64,000 bases of DNA from Pecten maximus (lineage: Eukaryota). The notes beneath the pieces were generated by a model, which was given only the letters and a program-made list of their open reading frames with translations, did no database searches and was not told the origin of the DNA. Location: positions 6,014,001-6,078,000 of the forward strand of contig NC_047022.1 in NCBI RefSeq assembly GCF_902652985.1. Direction: 5' to 3'. This document shows, piece by piece, positions 51,038 to 64,000 of the stretch (within the stretch, counting starts at the first letter, position 1; each line of letters opens with the position of its first letter). A program made the position numbers and the translations under genes.

Positions 51038-53375
51038 AAGTGGTGTTTAAAAGCTAAAATTTAAAATTGTTCCGGGGGAGGATTTTTAATGTAAAAAAAA
51101 GATTTGATTCCATTTGTAAACCCCAAATCAAAAAAATTTATATAACGGGGGCCAAAGGGGGGGGTTTTTTTTTTTAAAAAGCAGGGGAAACTTATTCACT
51201 ATAAAAAGGGAAAAATTTGGGAAACAAAAATTGTTTTTTTAAAGGAAAATTCCCCCCCAAAACCCCGGAAAATTTGGCCCAAAATCATTTTTTTTTAAAA
51301 TCCGAAAATTTTTCCCATAAAAGAAAACAAACGGAAAAATTAAGGGTTTTCCCCGTTTTCCCCCGTTTTTATTCGTTCCTTTTTTTGGGGAACGGGGGAC
51401 TTTTTGGGCCCAAAATTTATTTAAAAAAAACCGGAAATTTTTTTAAACAAAAAAACACCCAAAAATTTATTTTTTTTTATTTTTTGGAATTTAAAAAACT
51501 TTTTTTTTTATTTCTTGTTCCATTTTTTTTCAAAAATTTTTTGTAAAAAAAGCATTTTTTTAAAACGGGTCCACAAAGGGGCCTAATTATTAAACGCATA
51601 ATGCTAAGGGGTTTTAAAAGGAAATTTAATAAAGGGTCTTGGGGTTTGTTTTATTTCATTTTCCAAAACCCCTTTTATTGATTTCTAGGGGAAACCCCCG
51701 GGAAATTTTCATTTTTGTATTTTAAAAGGGGTTTTTTTTGGGGCTTTCCCCAAAAAGAAGCCATTGCCCGTTTTTGATTGGGCCCCTTCGGGCGGAACTA
51801 CGCCCAGGGGGAACTCTTTTTTTTCCCCGAAATAAACCTTTTTATTGCCGGTTAAATGCGGGGGGAGTTTTCCCATTTTTCAAAAAGGAAAATTATATTT
51901 TAAAATTCCCAAAATTCCTTTTTGGCCCTTTTTTTCCAATAATTTTAAACACGTTTTTGAAATTTTTTGTTTTGCATTTGAAAATATGATTTTTAAAAAA
52001 ACGAAATCCAAAAACGAAAAATCCATGGGTTTTTTATTGCTCTTTTTTTTGTTTTAAAACAAATTTCCTTTCTTTTTTTTTAACAAAAAGGAGTTAAAAA
52101 AATTTTTTAACCTTCAATTTTTTGTTTTTGGGCCTCGGGAAGCCTAGCGTTTGAGTTGGGACCAAGGCAAAAAACTGTTCCCAGGAATGTTTTCCAAAAT
52201 AATTAAAAACAAATAAATTTTCCAAAATGGGGGCCCAATTTTAAATTTTAAACTTTAATCCTATTTAAGGGAACAGGGGGGGGGGAAAAAATTAAAAGAC
52301 CTTTAAAGGTTATGAAATTTTTTTGGTAAAGGCCCTTTAAAAACCCTTTCAGGTGGGGTTTTTATTATCCCTTTTTCGGGATTTTAAAAAAATTAAATTT
52401 TTTGGTTAAACCCCTTTTTAAAAAAACCTTTTTTTTGGGGGAAGTTTTCCGGGGGTCCCAAATTTACCTTTTTCGACCCTTTACCTGTTTTAAATTTTTT
52501 AACCAAAAAATGAAAATTAAAAAAAATGATGAAAATGTGATTTTTTTAAACATAATTATACCCCGGGGGCCAATAACCCGGGTAAAAATTTTTTTTTTGT
52601 TTTAAAGGACTTAAAATTTATTTTGGAAGTTTTTTTTAAAAACCAATATCCGGGAAAAATTTAATTTTCATTTTTGGGGGTTTAAAAATTTTAAACCCCG
52701 GGGGTTCTGAAAATTTCCATTTTTTTTAAAAGGCCCCTTAAATATTTTAAAATGTTTATTTTTAAATTGTTTATGAAATTTAGTTTTAAAACAAACACGA
52801 GCAACCCCTTTAAATTTTTTTAACTTTAATTTGGGGGTTGAAATTTTTGGGTAAGTTTTTGAAAAAAAAGCCGGAAAATTTTTTCCAACTTTTTGGGGTT
52901 TTGTTTTGGGTTTTTTGGGGGTTTTGGGGTTTTTTTTATGGGACCAAATTTTGTCAATTTTCTTTTTTTTTGGGGTTAAGAAAATTTCCCCAAAAGACTG
53001 GGACCCAAATTTACTAATTTTATTGAAAATTACCTTTTGCCCCCCAAAGGGAAAATATTTGCCCTTTTTGTTTTTGGGTTTTTTTGGGTTTTTTATGAAC
53101 CAAAATGTTAAAAGTTTTGGGGGCCAAAAAAAACAAAATGGGGCCAAAATTTTTTAAAGGAAATGGGGAAACAGTGCCAAAATTTTTAAAAATAGTTTAA
53201 AGAAAGGCCCCGTTTGCAATCAGGAAAAAAAATTTGTTAAAATTTTCCCCCGCTTTTTCCCCTTTGGTTTTAAAATTCCCTTTTCCTATGAAAGTTCGAT
53301 TTTCCCCGGACCATGGCTTCACCTTTCCCATCTGAAAATAGTTATCTTTGATGAGATCCAAGAGCTGTGGTGTTG
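51038..53375. other. Low-quality garbled sequence (homopolymer-inflated) colinear with repeat unit 3
   Basis: Abrupt switch to runs of A/T/G/C, with recognisable ghosts of exon 2 (ggcggaactacg at about 51791) and the introns in the right order. Confidence 0.92.
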
Positions 53376-53837
53376 ATACATTCAAGATATAAACTTTCTT
53401 GGGTCAAGACTGTGGCAGGTAGCGCACGGTCCCTATGTAACAAAATGAAAAATGATTATCAGGAATCCATGAAAACACAAAGAGATTACCCTGGGAGATT
53501 ATATACAGTTTTTTACGAGGATCTGGCACAAAATCCTATAGAAACATTGAAAAAAATATACAACTTTGTAGGCTATCAAGATACTGCGGAGGACAAACTT
53601 CTTCTGACCAAAAGGATTGCCTCCCCAATACAAGGGGATCCGGGCAGTACTCTTAGATATAATTCTACAAAAACTGCAAGGGCTTGGAGACAAAACATCC
53701 ACCCAAGTGTCTTTGAACAAACCAACAAAGCGTGCTCTGATGTTTATCAGCTACTTGAGTATCCAGAATTGAAACCTGCGCTTGACCTGAAGAACGAAAA
53801 AATTCCTCTGAAACTTGATGAACACCTGGAAATGTAG
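53330..53837 (+). CDS. Sulfotransferase copy 3, readable 3' part of exon 3; coding status unknown
   Basis: SRYKLSWVKTVAGSARSLC..EHLEM, nearly identical to copy 1; the upstream part is garbled. Confidence 0.7.
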
Positions 53838-56800
53838 CTGCAGTTTCCTCCTAGAAGGACGATAAGCAAGTCATTGTTACACGTGTTCAGAGTGTAAGGA
53901 ATTCTACAAGTATAAGATGCCAAACCGATAATTATATGAACAGTTTTTAGCTTGTTCAAATTCGTAGTCTTCACCCCCAAGACAGCACCAATTTACTAAT
54001 CTCACATCAACATTCAAATAATGGAATAGATTTTGGTTAAGGTTTGACTGTTGAATATATATATTAGCTAAAGAATGAAACTTTTCACGTTTTGATTCAT
54101 TTTTTGCATGATGATATTTTCTTTGTCACCACTTCATTTACAGTTAGCGTCCAAGATATAGATTTAAATATTTTTGATTAGTTTTCAACAATCTTTTCAA
54201 TTTCCCGATTTTAGACTATTAGTTAATATGTTAATCATTTTTTTCAGTCCTCTTTCTTTATAATCTTTACAAAATGTTTCTCTCTTAATACGGTCAGGTT
54301 AAGATTTTTAAATGAAGTTTTAATAATGTCCAATCTCTGCATCATAACTGAGATTAGAGATGGTTTGGTTTGGTTTATTTTGTTTAACGTCCTATTAACA
54401 GCCAGGGTCATTTAAAGCTTACAACGCAAGTTAAAAAAAACTTTCGTTTTGAGATAAAAAAAAAATCTTTATTTTCAGAAGAGGGTTGTCGGGTCAGGTG
54501 TGTTTACGATACTCAGCGCATATAGTTGCATGTTAAGCGTTCAATGTTAGAATGGGAACCGGTTTGACGGGTACTGCGCTTTTATGGTCACTGGTCCCCA
54601 GTCAAGCATCCAAGAAGACTTCAACTAAAATGTCTGCCTCTTGCATGGAAACGGTGACCGGAAGATATCTATTTATCACAGGAAACATTTCCAAACCATT
54701 TCAAAAATGATATGTCTTTTTTAGTTTAAAGTGAAACCTTTTAACTTGTGCTGTCAGGGATCGATAAGCATGAGAGATCGAAAAGGGTAAGTTTAGCCAA
54801 TCACCGAGCCACACTTTAAAAAGGAGCCGCTGGAAAGGGGGAAAACGATGATGACTGCCCATGCCCAACAGCACCGAGGGTCACCGAAGGTTGCCAAAGG
54901 GATTCAGTCCTCAAGATAGACCCCTGTGTACCAGAGGATCCGGAAGCCACCTTTCCTTCCAACATATGCTGGGGATTAACCGTCAATGGTAATGTAAGCA
55001 GAAAACAAGGGAAATTATCAAGTTTGTACTTTTGGACGTTACAATAGTGAACCTTTACAAAATCATAGCAACGAGAAAACCGGAAGTTGACTCCAAGAAC
55101 ATATGCTGAGGAGCAGCCATCAATGCTAATGTAAGCAGGAAACAAAGGAAAATATCCAGGTCTTTCTTCAGAACCTTACAATAGTGAACCTCTACAAAAT
55201 CATTTTAACGAGAAACTGGACTCCAAGTTAGGAAGATATCTATTGACCCATTTTCCACATAACAAGGGATAAGTAAAACGACATTGCTGATAACCATAGC
55301 AATCTCAGATTAAATGTCTTGTCGCGTTTTTTAACTGTGATAATATTGTTTATGTTGCACTGCATATATGATTTAACCAAACACGCTCAACTAACAACGA
55401 TTCATGTAAGGCGTGAATGTGTCATAAATACATGGTTGTATATGTAAATGTATCTATATGCGTAGCCTACGTCCAATAAAACATCAGCAGTCGATATTAC
55501 AACTATATTGCCGGACCAGTAAATACCTTGCCCTCCGTCAAATATATCGACAATGCATCAATAATATCGGGCAATATATATCGATATATGCTACATTGTC
55601 AATGTATGAACCGTCTAAAGTCTGATTCGGTTCGAAGACTATGAAGCGAAACGAGTAATAAGAACGTGAATGTAAACAAACAATGGCTAAGCTTACAATA
55701 AACTCACGTTGGGGCGAAAAATTATCAAAATCTATTCCAGTAACCTTTTTTGTATTGCAGATGAAAATATGATTAAAGATAGGATCAAATTATTATGTTA
55801 TATTTCTTAAAAACTGTTAGTAAAACATAGAAGAAAACACAACGATGAAAAGATGCACGGAGATTTCATGGTGGAAATACCTGATAGCATTGACCTTGAT
55901 GAAACATTCGATATAGGAGATAATGATATACTTGATTCAATTGAAATAGGATGCTTTGCATCGTCCATATTTACCGGTAACATGCCCGAACTGGAGACAG
56001 CAGCAATGTCTGACCTACCACAACCGGAGACACCTGTTATGTCATACCCAAACTCCAAAGAAACAACAAGAAAATGGATTACATTCTATGTTGATTCTTT
56101 ATATGAACATACCAAGTAAATACAACAAACGTTTGACTATAAAAACATTAAGAATACAATATGAAAACATCGTTTCACGTGCTAATTTCACATATTTCAT
56201 CAGTGGGATATTGATATGCCAGAGAAATAGGCATTGTTTCATTTCCGTAAATTGTTTTTTTTTCGTTACAATCTTTTCACATAAAATAAATCTAATTTAA
56301 TACGAATTATTGTATTTGATGTTATTTGGTGCCTTTTTGTTTTGAGAAAATTGCGGGAAACTGAAGACGGACACTGTAAACGATGGCATGGTTCATTGTC
56401 GGGATCTCCGGCTGTTCCATTAAGTTTTCATCTTTTCGTAGCTATCAAAAGTTAAAACTCTTTAAAATAAGTATGATGTTTATATTCTTATTTAAAATCA
56501 CCCTATTGTAAATAAATCAATTGAATGGATTTTTTCATTGCGGCAATAGATATCAGTACATATCTTCCGAGGTATAATAACGCCGAAATAAAATCTAGTC
56601 AACCCGTATGTAAATCTACTGTAAGTCTCCTGTAGGGCTATGGTGTCGTAAAAGGATTTGTGAAACTTCATTTGGTGCCTGTAGCACTGCATAAACATCA
56701 AAGTAAATTAAATGTTGCCTGCTTCTTTAAGCAAGCAGATAACTGTTTCGACAAGTCACTCTATCTTTTCCCGTTTTTCTTTTTCCTCCTCAGACTAGAG

Positions 56801-57559
56801 TATGGATAGGTTGAATCCAGACGCTTTGGTATATTTGTTTTACTGTAGTGCGAGACCAAACGGTAAATGAACATCAAAGGTAGGAAAGAACACCAAAAAG
56901 AAAACGACACAGAGCTGTACCACAAAACACCACCCATCAATATACGGGGCGCTATTAACAGGCTATTAGCCGATTTAAAGTGCAATATCGACATCGTGAG
57001 AGACAAAGAGTTCCAAACCGGCAGCGGCGTGCCAGCTAGATTATTGCAGAAACGAACAAAACTAGGTCAATCAAAACCAAATCAACACAAGTCTATAATA
57101 AAACCCGATACTTTGAAAAGAAAGGGAAAACAAATCTCGGTCACTAATCTCGTAATCCTTCGTCCATTTCGTGCGTCTCAAGGGGCCTCGAATGTCATCA
57201 CCAATTACACATGAAGTCATTTGAATTCCCCAAAGATGACACTGCCGATGCGGTTAATTCAAAATTAAACCTGAAAATTGAGGCCTTGCAAATTGAGTTC
57301 CAAATTAGGGACCAAAGGATGAATGACCTAAGAAACAAAAAGGACGACCTTAAAATGTATAGTAGGAGAAATGTTATGGCACTCATGAAATAGAGGATGA
57401 AAATACAAATAAGATTATTCTGGACAATATTATAAAATTTCAACCTATTGTAATTACAACAAGAAACCAAGATATGTATGTTAGTTTTTCACAGAAGTAT
57501 AAACTTTTGGAAATTTACCATAGTATTGTTCCTGCTCTGAACAACTAAAACGACTGTTA

Positions 57560-57960
57560 GATGGCTTTATTTTTTGCGATCTTTTCAAAGCTTTTGATAG
57601 GGTTTGGCATTGGGTTTTATTATCTAAATTAGAAAAGAATGTGTCGTAACAGGTAATAATTTGAATTGGTAAAAAAGTTACTTATAAGAGAGAAAACAAA
57701 GAGTTGTTTATAAATCTAGTTAGTTAAACTCACAAAATCTATATGCAGGAATGCCCAAGGGGTCAGCACTTGGTCCTATCTTATTTCCTATATACAATGT
57801 ATGTATATGTTGCTAAAATGTATGCTTAGTATGAGCAGACTATTTGCTGACGACACATCTATGTGTAGATCCTCTGCAACCAATGGAGACAATGAAACTT
57901 GTTTAAATTGATCTGATATGGAAAATGTGTCAAAAATGGTTAATGGAATTAAATGCAGAA
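57560..57960 (+). mobile_element. Non-LTR retrotransposon (CR1/L2-like) reverse transcriptase relic; shortened versions at about 37000-37250 and 44270-44520
   Basis: FCDLFKAFDRVWH.VLLSKL, AGMPKGSALGPILF and RLFADDT motifs with stops and frameshifts. Confidence 0.85.
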
Positions 57961-58624
57961 TATATATATATATATATATAATATTTGTGTATTTTCAAAT
58001 AGACGTAATATTAGTTTGCCTGATATTGAATTTCAAATGACAGGAAAATAAACCATGAACCAGTAGCGTGGTTAATCCTTTTTTCCTGAAATGCTTTACT
58101 ACACTGCTTTTAACTATATAAACATTTAGTAAGTTCCGTTTCGGGTTATAGAACTGAACCGAATTGAGTTTGAATAGTCACAACTGACTTTCGTTTGGAC
58201 GAGAAGTTATAAAAGAATTCGCGGTTTTATTTATGTCAGTTGAATTACCACGTTGTTAGACATATCGAAATTTTGCTTCGTCAAAACAAGTTCAGCCTTT
58301 TCATCTAACGTGGTCCACATTTAGTGGCCCTGGTGATTATTGAAATGTCTGTGCTGGGAGGAACAATTATAACGTGTAATCAGATGAAAGATCTCGACTC
58401 GCATTTAGTCATTCCCGAAATATAAACACTTTGCTGCATACTGATGTGCAGTGTTGCATAAATTACATGCACGGGTAGACTATATAACATGTATACACGA
58501 GACGATACCTTCCGCGAGTGTTCTCGAGACTTTTTGACACGGGAACATCGTTCTTTCAAAGAAAAGTTCGCCCAAACACGACGTACATCGACCAGTAACA
58601 CTGCATATCACCGTAGTATAAGTA

Positions 58625-61089
58625 ATGTTGCATACAAGCTTAAGAACAATACGGATATATGGTGTCGGCTGTATAATGACGTTGTTATTCGTCCTGTTAT
58701 ATATATACAGGGGAGATATTGGACCATTCATCAAACAAATGGCAAATATATCTGCAAAAATTACCAACATTGATTCTATTAAGAGCGCTTTTCGTAGGTA
58801 TGTTAACTTTTTGAGCTAGTTTAGTGTCATTTTTGTCTTTTTGCATTTTGTACAGGTATGCATATTAATGAAAAAGCGAATGACATCCACATGCTGATTA
58901 ATTGACACAACGACTGGCATAAGGCGCCATGTAATTATATATTAAAGTCGTCGTTGTGTGTTGTTTTGAGTTCATATTTTCCATCGTTTTATTGATTTCG
59001 AGTGAAACCACTGTTTCATTTTTCCATGTCTGTAGTGTTATTTTTTCTTTGTTTCTGTACGCTCAGTAAGCCGTATGACGTATTGCTGATTGGCTACTTA
59101 AGAGGCGGAACTACGTTTACAGGAGAGCTGCTTGGATTCAGAAATCAAAGCTTCTATCTATATGAGCCGTTACACATGCTGGGGATATTTACATATTTCA
59201 AGCAAGAATTGAATTGTAGTCTTTTTGACGAGACTTGCAGGTTAGTTGCATTATTTTAATAAATTTAATGAGCACTGTAATTAAATGTAATTGTTTATTT
59301 TTGTATATGTATTTGTGAAGACGATATCCCAGACGCAAATTCCAGGTGGGTTTTTATCTAGTATCTTATCAGTAGATTTAAAAACCAATTCATACCATTT
59401 CTTTATTAAACAAGAGACACATGAGTTTTGAAGTATTTAAGTTAATTTAATTGACACTTTATGGTCCCACCCATCAGCCTAGGGTGTCAATCAGGATCAA
59501 CATGTGCATGCAATCGGCCTGTAATCCCATGCTGATAATGTTAACCAAATTGGATGAATTCCAATAAAAATCAAACAAATGATATTTAGAATTGTGATTT
59601 CCCTATATAAACTATAGTAAAGTTTAGCCCCTCCTCATGGGTAAACTTGAGACCCCAGCGTCATTTGATTCTACCATATCTGGGAGTTGAGATAAGGATT
59701 TTTGAAATTTTAGTCAATTTAACCCTTTTTGGCCCCTCCCCTCAGGCCTTTGGGGGGTCGGGGCTATTTAATTCACAATTTTGGTTGACCTTTGACCCAT
59801 GGAAGCTTTCTGCCAAATTTACCATTTTTTTAAGCGATTTTAACTGTGGATTTCATACTTCTTAAACGCTTATTGTATCTTATAAATGATGAAATGATGA
59901 TATAGTATAAGTAATACACGGGTCAATACCGTAGAATTTGTTGATACAATTGTATATTCAGGGGTTAAAATGATATTGAGCTGAGTTGATGTTCATGAAA
60001 AAATACTACACGGAGAAATCTGAATTGGGTCACCTGGATGGTAGTGACTTGAGACAACCCATCGTTCTGTGAGTGGTGGCCATATGCATTTTAGTAGGAC
60101 CTTATATTGTATTATGTTACTATTTTTAATGTTTATGAAATGGTTTAAGTATTTACAAAACACGAATGCGGACACTTTAAATGTACATAATTTAGGGAAA
60201 ATCGTAGATGCATGATAACGACTGATAATATTTTGCAACATTTTTGTTTTGTTTTGTTTTTTGTTTGTTTTTGTTTTTATCCAGACCAAATTGTTGACAA
60301 GTCTTTTTTTGTTCCACAGCAAACACAACAAGACTGATGACCAAATACTGGACATTATCCGAGGGATATACACATGTGACAATCAAAAATACCTGCCCCT
60401 TTTACGTCCATGGCAAGTTGCTAAATCTATGGAACCTACAAGAATGATTAAGAATTGCACCACAAAAAATAGCATTATTTGCTTAAGGAAATTTGTAAAT
60501 CAGTGCTCAACTAATTTATCAATAGTTAGTAAAGTTCCAAGGATTAGTATCGGATTCGTATCAAAGCTTTTAGCCGAATTACCTCATCTGAAAATAGTTT
60601 ATCTTTTGAGAGATCCAAGAGCTGTGATAAATTCAAGATATAAACATTCTTGGCTCAAGACTGTGGAAGATGGCGCACGGTCCCTATGTAACAAAATGAG
60701 AAATGATTATCAGGAATCAATCAAAACTAAACGAGATTACCCCTGGGAGATTATATACAGTTTTTTACGAGGACCTGGCACAAAATCCTATAGAAACATT
60801 GAAAAAAATATACAATTTTGTAGGTTATCAGTTTACTGCAGAGGACAAATTTCTTCTGACCAAAAGGATTGCCTCCTCCACACAAGGGGATCATGGCAGT
60901 ACTCTTAGATATAATTCTTCAAAAACCGCAAGGGATTGGAGACAAAACATCCACCCTAGTGTCTTTGAAGAAACCAACAAAGCGTGCTCTGATGTTTATA
61001 AGCTACTTGGGTACCCAGAATTGAAAACTGCGCTTGACCTGAAGAACGAAAATATTCCTCTCAAACTTGAGGAACACCTGAACATGTAG
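58625..61089 (+). CDS. Sulfotransferase copy 4, diverged paralog; exons 58625-58797, 59067-59240, 60320-61089; +1 C at 60740-60743 (likely sequencing error, otherwise a pseudogene)
   Basis: Same exon sizes as copy 1 (173, 174, 769+1), splice sites and PAPS-binding motifs intact, many amino-acid differences. Confidence 0.8.
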
Positions 61090-63187
61090 TTGCAGTTTCC
61101 TCCTAGAAGGACGATAAGCAAGTGATTGCTACTCGTGTTCAGAGTGTAAGGAATTCTACTAGTATAAGATGCTAAACCGATAATTTTATGAACAGTTTTT
61201 AGCTTGTTCAAATTCGTAGCCTTCACCCCCCAAGACAGCACCAATTTACTAATCTCACATCAACATTTAAATAATGGAATAGATTTTGGTTAAGGTTTGA
61301 CTGTTGAATATATATATTAGCTAAAGAAGGATACTTTTCACGTTTTGATACATTTTTTGCATGATGATATTTTCTTTGTCACCACTTCATTTACAGTTAG
61401 CGTCCAAGATATAGATTTAAATATTTTTGATTAGTTTTCAACAATCTTTTCAATTTCCCGATTTTAGACTATTAGTTAATATGTTGGTCTTTTTTTTCAG
61501 TCCTCTTTCTTTATAATCTTTACAAAATATTTCTCTCTTAATACGGTCAGGTTAAGATTTTTAAATGAAGTTTTAATAATGTCCAATCTCTGCATCATAA
61601 CTGAGATTAGAGATGGTTTGGTTTGGTTTATTTTGTTTAACGTCCTATTAACAGCCAGGGTCATTTAAAGCTTACAACGCAAGTTAAAAAAAACTTTCGT
61701 TTTGAGATAAAAAAAAATCTTTATTTTCAGAAGAGGGTTGTTGGGTCAGGTGTGTTTACGATACTCAACGCATATAGTTGTACGTCAAGCGTTCAATGTT
61801 AGAATGGGAACCGGTTTGACGGGTACTGCGCTTTTATGGTCACTGGTCGCCAGTCAAGCATCCAAGAAGACTTCAACTAAAATGTCTGCCTCTTGAATGG
61901 AAACAGTGACCGGAAGATATTTATTTATCACAGGAAACATTTCCAAACCATTTCAAAAATGATATGTCTTTTTCATTTCAAAGTGAAACCTTTTTACTTG
62001 TGCTGTCAGGGATCGATTAGGCATGATGAGAGATCGAAAAGGGTAAGTTAGCCAATCACCGAGCCACACTTTAAAAAGGAGCCGCTGGAAAGGGGGAAAA
62101 CGATGATGACTGCCCATGCCCAACAGCACCGAGGGTCACCGAAGGCTGCCAAAGGGATTCAGTCCTCAAGATAGACCCCTGTGTACCAGAGGATCCGCAA
62201 GCCACCTTTCCTTCCAACATATGCTGGGGATTAACCGTCAATGGTAATGTAAGCAGAAAACAAGGGAAATTATCAAGTTTGTACTTTTGGACGTTACAAT
62301 AGTGAACCTTTACAAAATCATAGCAACGAGAAAACCGGAAGTTGACTCCAAGAACATATGCTGAGGAGCAGCCATCAATGCTAATGTAAGCAGGAAACAA
62401 AGGAAAATATCCAGGTCTTTCTTCAGAACCTTACAATAGTGAACCTCTACAAAATCATTTTAACGAGAAACTGGACTCCAAGTTAGGAAGATATCTATTG
62501 ACCCACTTTCCATATAACAAGGGATAAGTAAAACGACATTGCTGATAACCATAGCAATCTCAGATTAAATGTCTTGTCGCGTTTTTTAACTGTGATAATA
62601 TTGTTTATGTTGCACTGCATATATGGTTTAACCAAACACGCTCAACTAACAACGATTCCTGTAAGGCGTGAATGTGCCATCAATACGTGGTTGTATAATT
62701 ATATAAATGTATCAATATGCGTATATTACAACTGTATTGCCGGACCAGTAAATACCTTGCCCTCCGTCAAATATATCGACAATGCATCAATAATATCGGC
62801 CAATATATATCGATATATATTTTCATGTGTGCTACATTGTCAATGTTAGAATCGTCTAAAGTCTGACTCGGTTCCAAGACAAGAACCGAAACGAATAATA
62901 AGAACGTGAATGTAAACAAACGATAGCTAAGCTTACAATAAACTCACGTTGGGGCGACAAATTATCAAAATCTATTCCAGTAACCTTTTTTTTTGTATTG
63001 CAGATGGAAATATGATTAAAGATAAGTTGCAATTATCATGTTATATTATCATAAACTCTGTCGTCTGCGAGACGTGACATCAACGCCAACTTTACGTCTG
63101 TCATGATGAAAAGATGCACGGACATTTCATGATGGAAATACCTGATAGCATTGACCCTGATGAAACATTCGATATAGCAGATAATGA

Positions 63188-63503
63188 TTTATTACATTTT
63201 TACCAGTGAAATATCAAAAATTGTGTATGTCAGCACCTAGACAGGGGAGACTACTTTTTTCGTTTACAAATTATCGCTGTAGTTGTAGTTAGCATACGGG
63301 GTAGGGTTTTCGTTGATAAAAAATGTAATAAACGGAATATCTAACAGTGTCTTCAGTAAAACCAAATATATTTCACTCGTGTGGCTAATATTTTTTTTTA
63401 TATTTTTCACTCGTGCTGCGCACTCGTGAAAAATATCAAAATATTAGCCCCACTCGTGAAATATATTTGGTATTACTGAAGACACTGTTAGATAACCTCT
63501 ATA
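63188..63503. mobile_element. Unit-5-specific insertion made of two adjacent stem-loops
   Basis: Absent from units 1-4 (gataatgat|atact); IR tttattacattttt/aaaaatgtaataaa (63188-63332) and a long hairpin at 63338-63494. Confidence 0.85.
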
Positions 63504-64000
63504 TACTCAATGTAAATAGGATGCTTTGTATCGTCCATATTTACCGGTAACATGCCTGAACTGGAGACAGCAGCAATGTCTGACCTACCACAACCGGAGA
63601 CACCTGGTATATCATACTCAAACTCCAAAGAAACACCAAGAAAATGGATTACATTCTGTGTTGATTCTTTATATGAACATACAGTAAATACAACAAACGT
63701 TTGACTATAAAAACATTATGAATACAATATGAAAACATCGTTTCACGTGCTAATTTCACACATTTCATCAGTGGGATATTGATGTGCCAGAGAAATAGGC
63801 ATTGTTTCATTTCCGTAATTGTTTTTTCGTTACAATCTTTTCACATAAAATAAATTCAATTTAATATGAATTATTGTATTTGATGTTATTTGGTGCCTTT
63901 TTGTTTTAAGAAAATTGCGGGAAACTGAAGACGGACACGGTAAACGATGGCATGGCTCATTGGCGGGATCACCGGCTGTTCCATTAATTTTTCATCTTTT

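Larger units (their letters stand above)
34376..64000 (+). repeat. Tandem segmental array of 6.8-7.3 kb units (4 full plus a partial 5th) carrying a sulfotransferase gene
   Basis: Homologous landmarks at 34983/42263/49026/about 55814/about 63100, and stop codons at 40286/47049/53837/61089. Confidence 0.97.

Noticed and set aside
51217-53157. K/F/G/P-rich ORFs
   Set aside because: Products of garbled homopolymer sequence
7056-61089. Functional DAT-sulfotransferase cluster for dopamine sulfation
   Set aside because: The enzymes have a signal anchor and Golgi CHST-type motifs, not those of the cytosolic SULTs that sulfate catecholamines; adjacency alone is not evidence

Overview
AT-rich, intron-containing eukaryotic DNA. 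The repeat families look like a marine invertebrate, probably a bivalve mollusc (inference). Left half: a 13(+1)-exon + strand SLC6 gene for an invertebrate-type dopamine transporter (about 7056-21191, about 602 aa from ATG 7082). It has one GC-AG intron and an apparent 1-bp frameshift in the 11109 exon. Most unusually, three of its splice junctions have been amplified into tandem repeats that fill the introns with decoy donor/acceptor sites. Middle (21-34 kb): 3' flank with minisatellites, SINEs, foldback/MITE elements, a Helentron-like element, a probable templated insertion and a Gypsy protease relic. Right half (about 34380 to the window end): a tandem array of 6.8-7.3 kb units (4 complete plus the start of a 5th). 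Each unit carries a 3-exon Golgi-type carbohydrate sulfotransferase (CHST-like) together with Crypton/DUF3504-like and LINE relics. Copy 1 is intact. Copy 2 is a pseudogene. Copy 3 lies in a garbled low-quality segment (51038-53375). Copy 4 is a diverged paralog with a probably artefactual frameshift. No rRNA, tRNA or CRISPR was found.
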